Source of the DNA: Mycolicibacterium smegmatis
GTDB lineage: Bacteria > Actinomycetota > Actinomycetes > Mycobacteriales > Mycobacteriaceae
DNA length: 32,000 bases
Direction: 5' to 3'
NCBI RefSeq assembly: GCF_001457595.1
Contig: NZ_LN831039.1
Location: 3,240,001-3,272,000, forward strand
Part shown: positions 9,909 to 17,543 of the stretch, in pieces
Position numbering within the stretch: position 1 is the first letter of the stretch
How the letters are laid out: each line of letters starts with the position of its first letter
Position numbers and translations under genes: made by a program
Notes under the pieces: model-generated
Told to the model about the DNA's origin: nothing
The model's input: the letters and a program-made list of their open reading frames with translations, nothing else
The model's database searches: none

Positions 9909-10703
9909 TCAGTCCATGTAGGCACCGCCGTTGACCGACAGCGCCTCTCCGGTGATGAAGCGGGCATCTTCGGAGACCAGGAACGCCACCGCGCGGGCGA
10001 CGTCGTCGGGAGTTTGCAGGCGGCCCAGCGGCGTCGCGTCGATCCAGGACTGGCGTACGCCGTCGGGCGTCGAGCCGCTGAGTTTCGCCTCCCACTCCAA
10101 TTCTCGTGTCTGCATCGGTGTTGCCACGAAACCGGGGCAGACACTGTTGACCGTGATGCCGTGTGCGGCAAGTTCGAAGGCCATCGCCTGGGTGAGGCCG
10201 AGCACGCCGAACTTGGACGCGACATAGTCCGCGAGGAACGGTACCCGGCCCTGCTTTGCCGCCATCGATGCGGTGTTGACGATCGTGCCGCGCACACCGG
10301 TGCGGATCATGGCGCGGGCCGCGGCCTGACCACAGAAGAACACGCCCTTGAGGTTGACGTCGAGACTGCGGTCGAGTTGTTCGGCGGAGATGTCGACGAA
10401 GTGCGCCATCGCGGAGATGCCCGCGTTGCTGACCCAGGCCCCCAGCCCGATGCGGTCGGCGACGTCGTCGGCCAGTGCGGACGCCTGCGCGGGATCGGTG
10501 ACGTCGAGACGCGCCGACTCGTGGCCGCTGCCGCTCAGGGATGAGGCCGTCTCGTCGGCCGCGGCGACGTCGACGTCGGTGGCGACCACACGCCGGCCGC
10601 GTTCGGCGAGCGTGGTGGCGATCGCGCGGCCGATGCCGGATCCGGCGCCGGTGACGACGACGGTGCTGGGGGTGTCGGGAGTGCTGTTCGCGGGGGTGCT
10701 CAT
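9909..10703 (-). CDS. short-chain dehydrogenase/reductase, sorbitol-6-phosphate dehydrogenase (SrlD)-like
   Basis: ATG 10703 gives MSTPANS...VVVTGAGSGIGRA (TGxxxGxG), a catalytic YVASK, and the block DRSLDVNLKGVFFC...GITVNSVCPG. This block closely resembles E. coli SrlD as I remember it. The ATG overlaps the kinase stop (ATGA, 10700-10703). Confidence 0.88.
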   Translation of the reverse strand: MSTPANSTPDTPSTVVVTGAGSGIGRAIATTLAERGRRVVATDVDVAAADETASSLSGSGHESARLDVTDPAQASALADDVADRIGLGAWVSNAGISAMAHFVDISAEQLDRSLDVNLKGVFFCGQAAARAMIRTGVRGTIVNTASMAAKQGRVPFLADYVASKFGVLGLTQAMAFELAAHGITVNSVCPGFVATPMQTRELEWEAKLSGSTPDGVRQSWIDATPLGRLQTPDDVARAVAFLVSEDARFITGEALSVNGGAYMD

Positions 10704-12187
10704 GACCGGGCCTTTCGCGCCATGCGGTGGGATACGGGGGTGAGAACGTCGCCGAGGGTGCGCCATTCGGCGTAGGCCTCGGCGTAACGGTCGACGTGCC
10801 GCGCGTCGGGGACGACGGGGTCGCCCAGCGTCTGGAAGGCCTGTGTGCTGTCCCAGTCGCCGAGCAGGCCGATCCCGACCGCCGCGATGACGGCCGCGCC
10901 GAGCGAGGCGCCCGGGTGGCCGATCACGGGGATCAGCGGCGTGCCGAGAACGTCGGCGAGGATCTGCTTCCACAGCACCGAGCGGCTGCCGCCGTTGGTG
11001 ACCATGGCGCGTTCGAGGCTGACGCCCATGTGGGCGAACACCTCGGTGTGGTGCCGGAACCCGAACGCGATGGCCTCCAGCACCGAGCGGTACATGTCGG
11101 CGCGCGTGTGGGACAGGTCCAGGCCGACGAACGCGCCGCGCAGATCGGGATCGTGCAGCGGGCTCTTCTCGCCGAGAAAGTAGGGGAGACAGAGAACTTC
11201 GGCGGGCGAGCGGGTCTGCGCCTCGTCGTCGAGTGCGACGAGGTCGTGGCCGCCCGACAGCGTCTGGAACCATCGGATGAGGCTGCCGCTGGTGGCCATG
11301 CAGCCGTTGGGCAGCCAGCGGCCCGGCACGGGATGCGCGTCGAGGTACAGACGCGCGTCGACGACGGGACGCTCGCTTGCGGCGAGGATGTCGCCTGCGC
11401 CGCCCAGCTTGACCAGACAGTCGCCGGGGCGGTTGACGCCTGCCGCATACGCCGACAGCACGTGGTCGGCGCCGCCCACGATCAGCGGCAGCCCGGCGGG
11501 CAGGCCCGTGGCCTCGGCCGCGGCCGGACTCAGCTCACCGGCCTGCTGTCCCGGCGAAAGCACCCGTGGCACAAGATCTGTCGAGAGGCCGGCGGCGGCG
11601 AACATGGGGTCGAACCGGCCGCCGTCGAGCATGCCGAGGCCGGATTCGATGGCCCAGTTGAGCTCGACGTGCGGTGCGGCGCCGAGCGCCATGAGAACCC
11701 AGTCGTAGGAACCCACCAGGCGCGCGGTGCGCTGCCAGCAGTCGGGTTCGTTGCCGCGCAACCACAGCGCGGTGGGCGCCACGGACTGCTGCGTGATCGC
11801 CGATCCGGTTGCGGCCAGGACGGTTTCGTCATCGATACGCTCCTTGAGCGTGTCGATCTCGCGGGTCGCGCGCGCGTCGTTCTGAAGAATCGCGCGTCGC
11901 ACGGGGTTGCCGTCGCGGTCCACGGCGACCACGGCCGGGACCATGCCGGTGGTGGCCACGGCCCCGACCCGGTCGGGGGAGATGCCCGATTCGGCGAGTA
12001 CGGCGCGGATGCCCGCGTGGGTGTTGGCCAGCCACTGCCACGGATCGGCCTCGGCGTGTCCGGGTGCGTCGGAGTGCAGGGTGGTCTCGCCGGTGGACTG
12101 CGCCACGATGCGCGCGGCGTCGACGTCGACGAGGACGGTCTTGGTCCCCGTGGTGCCGATGTCGACACCGATCGTGAACTCCGGCAT
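10700..12187 (-). CDS. FGGY-family carbohydrate kinase (xylulokinase-like)
   Basis: ATG 12187 is preceded by GGAAGGA. The N-terminus FTIGVDIGTTGTKTVLVD is the actin-like ATPase phosphate-1 motif, and the C-terminal TNGGSRSVLWKQILADVLG is the FGGY signature. Confidence 0.9.
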   Translation of the reverse strand: MPEFTIGVDIGTTGTKTVLVDVDAARIVAQSTGETTLHSDAPGHAEADPWQWLANTHAGIRAVLAESGISPDRVGAVATTGMVPAVVAVDRDGNPVRRAILQNDARATREIDTLKERIDDETVLAATGSAITQQSVAPTALWLRGNEPDCWQRTARLVGSYDWVLMALGAAPHVELNWAIESGLGMLDGGRFDPMFAAAGLSTDLVPRVLSPGQQAGELSPAAAEATGLPAGLPLIVGGADHVLSAYAAGVNRPGDCLVKLGGAGDILAASERPVVDARLYLDAHPVPGRWLPNGCMATSGSLIRWFQTLSGGHDLVALDDEAQTRSPAEVLCLPYFLGEKSPLHDPDLRGAFVGLDLSHTRADMYRSVLEAIAFGFRHHTEVFAHMGVSLERAMVTNGGSRSVLWKQILADVLGTPLIPVIGHPGASLGAAVIAAVGIGLLGDWDSTQAFQTLGDPVVPDARHVDRYAEAYAEWRTLGDVLTPVSHRMARKARS

Positions 12188-12272
12188 GCCGTCCTTCCTG
12201 TCGGGTTCCTGACCCACTGGTGTGCGGGTGCGATCACCCTACAACGATGCTGTTAGATTCTCACAAGATATG

Positions 12273-12332
12273 TGTGACAATCACGCGAAGTCACGAAGTT
12301 CCTCAGCGTGATTGTGATTTAGTAACATCACG
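12273..12332. promoter_or_regulatory. operator-like repeat cluster in the divergent kinase / BtpA-like promoter region
   Basis: Perfect 9-bp inverted repeat ACAATCACG (12277-12285) / CGTGATTGT (12307-12315). There are four TCACG/CGTGA half-sites (12281, 12291, 12307, 12328) and an ATTGTGAT at 12311-12318. The stretch is locally AT-rich. Confidence 0.4.
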
Positions 12333-12364
12333 TCGTTTCCGTCTGCCGAAGTGAGAGGCGCCCC

Positions 12365-13180
12365 ATGACCAGTTGGCTCGATGACGTATTTGCTGTGCGC
12401 AAGCCTGTGATCGCGATGCTGCACCTGTCGGCACTGCCGGGCGATCCGGGGTTCGACTCGGCCGCGGGCATCGGCGCCGTGGTCGAGCGTGCGAAGAGCG
12501 AGCTGGCGGCGCTGCAGGAGGGTGGCGTCGACGGCGTCATGATCTCCAACGAGTTCAGCCTGCCGTACCTCACCGAGACCGAACCGATCACCGCCATCAC
12601 CATGGCCCGCATAATCGGTGAGTTGCTGCCCGAGATCTCGGTGCCGTACGGCGTGAACGTGCTGTGGGACGGGCGGGCGTCGATCGACCTCGCGGTGGCC
12701 ACGGGCGCGCAGTGGGTGCGCGAGATCTTCACGGGCGTCTACGCCAGCGACTTCGGCCTGTGGAACACGAACGTGGGCGCTGTCGCGCGCCACCGGCACC
12801 GCATCGGCGGTGACCACGTCAGGCTGCTGTTCAACATCGTGCCCGAGTCCGCGGTCTACCTCGCCGACCGCGATCTGGCGTCCATCACGGCGACGACGGT
12901 GTTCGCGACCAAGCCCGACGCCATCTGCGTGTCGGGGCTGACCGCGGGCGCCTCGACCGACCGGCAGGCGCTGCAGGTGGTCAAGAACGCCGCGGGCGAG
13001 GTGCCGGTGTTCGTCAACACCGGCGTGCGCGCCCACAACGCGGCCGAGCAGCTCGCGATCGCCGACGGTGCGGTGGTGGGCACGTACTTCAAGGAGGACG
13101 GGGTCTTCGAGAACCGCGCGGTCGTGTCCCGGGTGAGCGAATTGATGGACGCCGTCAAGGGTTTCCGGAAGACCCTGTGA
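12365..13180 (+). CDS. BtpA/SgcQ-family TIM-barrel protein (ribulose-phosphate-binding barrel superfamily), function unknown
   Basis: 271 aa. The N-terminal VIAMLHLSALPGDPGF is the hallmark BtpA-family start, and the overall alternating beta/alpha pattern fits. GAGAGG RBS lies upstream. The stop overlaps the next start (GTGA, 13177-13180). Confidence 0.72.
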   Translation: MTSWLDDVFAVRKPVIAMLHLSALPGDPGFDSAAGIGAVVERAKSELAALQEGGVDGVMISNEFSLPYLTETEPITAITMARIIGELLPEISVPYGVNVLWDGRASIDLAVATGAQWVREIFTGVYASDFGLWNTNVGAVARHRHRIGGDHVRLLFNIVPESAVYLADRDLASITATTVFATKPDAICVSGLTAGASTDRQALQVVKNAAGEVPVFVNTGVRAHNAAEQLAIADGAVVGTYFKEDGVFENRAVVSRVSELMDAVKGFRKTL

Positions 13181-13926
13181 CCCACCCGGCCGACACCGAG
13201 CTGCGACGGCTGGCGGTGAAGGCCGCCGAACGCGGCGCCGACGTGTGCCTGCGTCACCTCGGTGAACTGGTCTCCGTCGCGACCAAGAGCGCGGCAGGCG
13301 ACGTCGTGACCGCGGTCGACCGTGCCGCCGAAGAGGCCGTGCGGGCCGTGCTGCGCGAGGCCCGCCCGGATGACTCGATGCTCGGCGAGGAGATCGCCGA
13401 GCACACCGGATCCGGTCCGCTGCAGTGGGTCATCGACCCGCTCGACGGCACCACCAACTACACGCGGCGCATTCCGTACTTCGCGACCTCGGTCGCGGTG
13501 CGGCGGGTCTCCGACGGCACCTGGCTGGCCGGGGCCGTGTGCGCGCCGGCCCTGGGCAGCACCTGGAGCGCGGCCAGAGGCGAGGGCGCGCAACTGGATT
13601 CGATCACCCAGTCGGCGCAGCTGCCGCTGCAGCTGATCGATTCGACGGCCCGGCTGGTGGGCACGGGCCTGTCCTACGATCCGGGCCTGCGCCGCCGCCA
13701 GTTGCGGGACCTGGGTGCACTGGTCTGCGAGTACACCGACATGCGCCGGTTCGGCGCGGCCGCGGTGGACCTGTGCCTGGTGGCGCAGGGCAGCCTGGAC
13801 GCGTTCGTCGAGGCCGATCTCGCGGTGCACGACTGGGCGGCTGGCGCACTGATCGCCGAGGAGGCCGGCGCCGAGGTGACGCGGCCGTGCGCCGAGGGGG
13901 ATCCGTTGTCAGCGCGCTGGCGCTGA
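13177..13926 (+). CDS. inositol monophosphatase (IMPase/SuhB) family phosphatase
   Basis: 249 aa with the metal and substrate motifs GEE, WVIDPLDGTTNY and HDWAAGALIAEEAG. GTG start is coupled to the BtpA-like stop. Confidence 0.88.
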   Translation: MTHPADTELRRLAVKAAERGADVCLRHLGELVSVATKSAAGDVVTAVDRAAEEAVRAVLREARPDDSMLGEEIAEHTGSGPLQWVIDPLDGTTNYTRRIPYFATSVAVRRVSDGTWLAGAVCAPALGSTWSAARGEGAQLDSITQSAQLPLQLIDSTARLVGTGLSYDPGLRRRQLRDLGALVCEYTDMRRFGAAAVDLCLVAQGSLDAFVEADLAVHDWAAGALIAEEAGAEVTRPCAEGDPLSARWR

Positions 13927-14709
13927 CCTGGCGTTGACGCACACCACCTGTACGCCCGCGGCCTCCAGCGCCTTGACGGTCGGGTTGTTGGGGGTGCTGT
14001 CTGTCACCAGCACCGAGATGCTCGACACCGGTGCGACATTGGTCAGCTGCACACGTCCGAGCTTGGTGGCGTCGGCGGCCACGATGATCCGGTCGGCCGA
14101 GCGCATCGCGGCCTGCTTCACGTTGCCTTCCTCACGGTGGTACTCCGAGGCGCCGCGCTTGCCGTCGACCCCGGCGATGCCCATCACGTAGGTGTCGCAG
14201 TTGTAGCGCAGGTAGAAGTCCTCGGCCTCGGCGCCGATGAGGCTCAACTCGCCCGGGCGCACCTTGCCGCCGGTCAGCAGGATCGTGGTGTCGGGTTCGT
14301 CCGCCAGTTCGACGGCCACCAGCAGGCTCGGCGTGATGATCGTCAGGCCCAGCCCCCGGCCGCGGATCGCGCGCGCGACCGCAAGCACGGTGCTTCCGCT
14401 GTCGAGGATCACGGTCTCCTGCGGCGTCAGCAGATCGGCGACGGCGCGCGCGATGTGCAATTTCTCGTCGGCCGACTCGGCCGCGCGCGCGGCGAACGAG
14501 GGTTCGGTGGCCTTGCCGCCGAACGCGATCGCGCCACCCAGCACCCGGCGCGCGATGCCCTGGTCTTCCAGGCGTTCGATGTCGCGCCGGATCGTCATGG
14601 CCGAAACGCCGAATTCGTCGGCGAGCGACGTGAAGTCGACCTCGCGGTCAGTGTGGATGCGCGCTGCGATCGCCGCGCGGCGGGCGTGCGCGCTCAGACC
14701 GGGTGCCAT
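13909..14709 (-). CDS. DeoR-family transcriptional regulator
   Basis: ATG 14709 gives MAPGLSAHARRAAIAARIHTDREVDFTSLADEFGVSAMTIRRDIERLEDQG (DeoR HTH) followed by a DeoR C-terminal sugar-phosphate sensor domain (ILDSGSTV...). The 3' end overlaps the convergent IMPase gene by 18 nt. Confidence 0.9.
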   Translation of the reverse strand: MAPGLSAHARRAAIAARIHTDREVDFTSLADEFGVSAMTIRRDIERLEDQGIARRVLGGAIAFGGKATEPSFAARAAESADEKLHIARAVADLLTPQETVILDSGSTVLAVARAIRGRGLGLTIITPSLLVAVELADEPDTTILLTGGKVRPGELSLIGAEAEDFYLRYNCDTYVMGIAGVDGKRGASEYHREEGNVKQAAMRSADRIIVAADATKLGRVQLTNVAPVSSISVLVTDSTPNNPTVKALEAAGVQVVCVNARSAPAR

Positions 14710-14715
14710 TCGGTC

Positions 14716-14721
14716 AGCGTA
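14716..14721 (-). promoter_or_regulatory. -10-like hexamer TACGCT for a leaderless DeoR transcript
   Basis: On the minus strand the sequence reads TACGCT-gaccga-ATG(14709), a TANNNT hexamer with a 6-nt spacer and no SD. Confidence 0.4.
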
Positions 14722-14731
14722 GAACACGGCT

Positions 14732-14786
14732 GTGAAACGTTCACAATGATCACACGATGTGCCTCGAACGGCGTCCGGATTGTGAT
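14732..14786. promoter_or_regulatory. operator-like motifs upstream of the DeoR gene
   Basis: Inverted repeat GTGAA-acg-TTCAC (14732-14744), TCACAATGATCACA (14741-14754), and ATTGTGAT (14779-14786). The ATTGTGAT/TGTGAT word is shared with the 12.3-kb divergent promoter region. Confidence 0.35.
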
Positions 14787-15748
14787 CAGGCAACAGGGGC
14801 GGGAACAGCCACCCGTGTGCGCTCCCGCATCGAGGCCCACAGTGCCGCGGTGGCCGCGGTGCACAGACCGGCGCCCGCGACGTGCACGGCCACCAGCGCG
14901 GCCGGGACACCCGTGTAGAACTGCACGACACCCACGAGTCCCTGCGCGCAGATCAGGGCGACGAGCACCCCCAGACGCACCATGACCGGCCGGGCCGCAC
15001 CCGTCGCCGCGAGCCCGAAGCCGAGGGCGATCACCAGCGAGAGATAGGCGATCAGCAGCGACGAGTGCATGTGCACGAGCGTGGTGATCTCGACCTGCAG
15101 ACGCGGAACGGGTGCGTCGATGCTCTTGTCTCCCGCGTGCGGGCCTGCGCCGGTGACCAGCGTGCCGGTCACCAGCACCGCGGCGAGTGCGACCGCGCTC
15201 AGGACCGTGAGGTGGCGCAGCGGCGCGGGCACCCGGGTGCGGGTGATGCCGTCATCGGGTTGACCGATCTTGACGAAGAGCAGCACCGCGAGCCACACCA
15301 TGACCATCGAGGCGATGAGATGGATGGCGACCGTCCACCACAGCAGGCCGGTCAGCACCGTGATGCCGCCGATGACCGCCTGCACCACGGTCGAGGCCGG
15401 CATGAGCCACGCATAGACGAGGACCTCGCGGCGGCGCCGGGCACGCGTCACGGCGAGCACGGCGGCCGCGGCCGTGAGCACCACAAGGAACGTGATCATG
15501 CGGTTGCCGAACTCCACCACCTGGTGCACCACGGCCACCTCGGCGTGCGGCACCGGGGTGAAACTCCCCGGGAAACACTGGGGCCAGGTGGGGCAGCCCA
15601 GGCCGGACGCGGTGACGCGGACGATGGCGCCGGTGACAGCGATACCGCCCTGGGTGAGGATCACCAGGAACGCGATGAGGCGCTGAACCCGGAGGCTGGG
15701 CAGGGGCAACAGATCGACCAGCCGCAGGAAAATTCGTCCGACGGACAC
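14786..15748 (-). CDS. ctaA: heme A synthase (COX15/CtaA family)
   Basis: 320-aa polytopic protein with GTG start. It has the N-terminal Cys pair motif ASGLGCPTWPQCFPGSF and paired His-containing helices. Position equals Rv1456c. Confidence 0.9.
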   Translation of the reverse strand: MSVGRIFLRLVDLLPLPSLRVQRLIAFLVILTQGGIAVTGAIVRVTASGLGCPTWPQCFPGSFTPVPHAEVAVVHQVVEFGNRMITFLVVLTAAAAVLAVTRARRRREVLVYAWLMPASTVVQAVIGGITVLTGLLWWTVAIHLIASMVMVWLAVLLFVKIGQPDDGITRTRVPAPLRHLTVLSAVALAAVLVTGTLVTGAGPHAGDKSIDAPVPRLQVEITTLVHMHSSLLIAYLSLVIALGFGLAATGAARPVMVRLGVLVALICAQGLVGVVQFYTGVPAALVAVHVAGAGLCTAATAALWASMRERTRVAVPAPVA

Positions 15749-15754
15749 GGCCCG

Positions 15755-15760
15755 ATCGTA
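15755..15760 (-). promoter_or_regulatory. -10 hexamer TACGAT for a leaderless ctaA transcript
   Basis: The minus strand reads TACGAT-cgggcc-GTG(15748). It matches the mycobacterial SigA-type TAYGAT consensus with a 6-nt spacer to the start codon. Confidence 0.45.
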
Positions 15761-15771
15761 GATGACGCCAA

Positions 15772-15786
15772 ACTACAACTTGTAGT
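15772..15786. promoter_or_regulatory. AT-rich perfect palindrome over the ctaA -35 region
   Basis: ACTACAA-c-TTGTAGT has 7-bp arms and lies at -24 to -38 relative to the putative leaderless start. Confidence 0.4.
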
Positions 15787-15792
15787 AGGGGC

Positions 15793-16578
15793 TCAGGTGA
15801 ACCGGAACAAGCGCAGCGCGCACACCGCGGAGACCCCGCCCCACACCGCGAGCACCGCGATGCCGAACCAGTCCACCGACAGCGTCATGGCCTGGCTCAG
15901 CGCCTCGGTGAGCGCGCCCGATGGCGTCAGCCGGGCCACCCAGGCCAGGGCCGACGGCACGGCCTCGGTCTCCAGTGTCAGCGCGCCGAAGCCCGCGAAC
16001 ACGAACCACAGCAGGTTGGCCAGCGCGAGCACGATCTCCGAACGCAGCGTCCCACCCAGCAACAGGCCCATCGCCGCGAAGCCCGCGGTGCCCAGCGCGA
16101 TGATCACCGCGCCCAGCGCCAGGCCCGCAAGCGGGGGACGCCAGCCCAGCGCGACGCCGATGGCGCCGAGGAGGACCGCCTGCAGGAACACCACGGCCAC
16201 CACGGCCAGTGACTTGCCCGCGATGATGCCCCAGACCGGAAGTGCCGTCGCGCCAAGGCGTTTCAGTGCGCCGTAGCGGCGGTCGAACGCGACCGCGATG
16301 GCCTGGCCGGTGAACGCGGTGGAGATCACCGCGAGCGCCATGATGGCAGGCGTGAACGCGCCGGCCCGGTCGTCGCCGAACGAACCCAGCGGCAGCAGCG
16401 TGAGACCGATCAGCAGGGTGATCGGGATGAACATCGTCAGCAGCAGTTGTTCGCCGTTGCGCAGCAGCAGGCGCAACTCCAGGCCGAACTGCGCGGCGAG
16501 CATCTTCTGCACGGTCGCGGGCCGCGGGTCGGGCGTGAAGGTTCCTGGCGCGAACCGGTTGGCCGCTGGGCTCGTCAC
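15793..16578 (-). CDS. ABC-2 type transporter permease (Rv1457c-like)
   Basis: GTG 16578 overlaps the stop of the ATPase gene (GTGA). The product is a 261-aa six-helix hydrophobic protein of ABC-2 exporter type. The longer track ORF N-terminus would overlap the ATPase gene. Confidence 0.82.
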   Translation of the reverse strand: MTSPAANRFAPGTFTPDPRPATVQKMLAAQFGLELRLLLRNGEQLLLTMFIPITLLIGLTLLPLGSFGDDRAGAFTPAIMALAVISTAFTGQAIAVAFDRRYGALKRLGATALPVWGIIAGKSLAVVAVVFLQAVLLGAIGVALGWRPPLAGLALGAVIIALGTAGFAAMGLLLGGTLRSEIVLALANLLWFVFAGFGALTLETEAVPSALAWVARLTPSGALTEALSQAMTLSVDWFGIAVLAVWGGVSAVCALRLFRFT

Positions 16579-17543
16579 GATCGCAACTCCCGTCCGGTCA
16601 GGTCGAGGAAGACGTCTTCGAGGCTGCGCTGCTCGACGCGCATGTCGGTGGCCAGCACGTTGACGCGGGCACACCACGCGGTCACCGTCGCCAGCACCTG
16701 CGGATCGATGTGGCCCTCGACCAGGTACTCACCGGGTGCGGCCTCGACGGCGTTGTAGCCCTCGGGCAGTGCGGCGACCAGAAGCGACAGGTCGAGCTTG
16801 CGGGGTGCGCTGAACCGCAACTGGTTCTCGGCGCCGCTGCGCATGAGCTCGGCCGGTGTGCCGGTGGCGACCGCGACGCCGTGGTCGATGATCACGATGC
16901 GATCGGCGAGTTCCTCGGCCTCGGTGAGCTGATGCGTCGTCAGCACCACGGTGACGCCGTCGCGGCGCAGCGCGTCGATCAACTCCCACACCACGATCCG
17001 GGCGTGCGCGTCCATCCCGGCGGTCGGTTCGTCGAGGAACACGAGTTCTGGACGCCCCACCACAGCGCAAGCGAGCGCGAGGCGCTGCTGCTGGCCGCCG
17101 GAAAGGCGGCGGTAGGTGGTGCGCGCCGAGTCGGTGAGCCCGAGGGTGTCCATGAGCCAGGCCGGGTCGAGCGGGTCGGCCGCATACGAGGCGACCAGGT
17201 CGAGCATCTCGCCTGCGCGCGCGGCCGGGTATCCGCCGCCACCCTGCAGCATGACGCCGATGCGTTCGCGCAGCCGGGCGTTGTCGGCGATCGGGTCGAG
17301 CCCGAGGATCCGGATGCTGCCCGCGTCGGCGCGCACGAATCCCTCGCACATCTCGACCGTGGTGGTCTTGCCCGCGCCGTTGGGGCCCAGCAGTGCCAGC
17401 ACCTCGGCGCGCTGGACCTCAAGGTCCAGTTCGGACACCGCGGTGGTGGACCCGTACCGCTTGGTGACCCCGCGCAGTAGTACAGGAACGTCCGGAGAAC
17501 GTGTTGAGCTGGCGGCGTCGGAACGCCCGGAACGCGGTGTCAC
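16575..17543 (-). CDS. ABC transporter ATP-binding protein (Rv1458c-like, DrrA/CcmA class)
   Basis: Walker A GPNGAGKTT, signature LSGGQQQRLALACA, Walker B VFLDEPTAGMD. The GTG start overlaps the mptB stop (GTGA, 17540-17543). Confidence 0.92.
   Translation of the reverse strand: MTPRSGRSDAASSTRSPDVPVLLRGVTKRYGSTTAVSELDLEVQRAEVLALLGPNGAGKTTTVEMCEGFVRADAGSIRILGLDPIADNARLRERIGVMLQGGGGYPAARAGEMLDLVASYAADPLDPAWLMDTLGLTDSARTTYRRLSGGQQQRLALACAVVGRPELVFLDEPTAGMDAHARIVVWELIDALRRDGVTVVLTTHQLTEAEELADRIVIIDHGVAVATGTPAELMRSGAENQLRFSAPRKLDLSLLVAALPEGYNAVEAAPGEYLVEGHIDPQVLATVTAWCARVNVLATDMRVEQRSLEDVFLDLTGRELRS

Noticed and set aside
5709-14785. Whether the sugar/polyol locus is a mobile genomic island.
   Set aside because: No integrase, transposase, tRNA attachment site or flanking direct repeats are visible. 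Composition looks like the rest of the window by eye. It was treated as a lineage-specific metabolic insertion or deletion rather than a mobile element.
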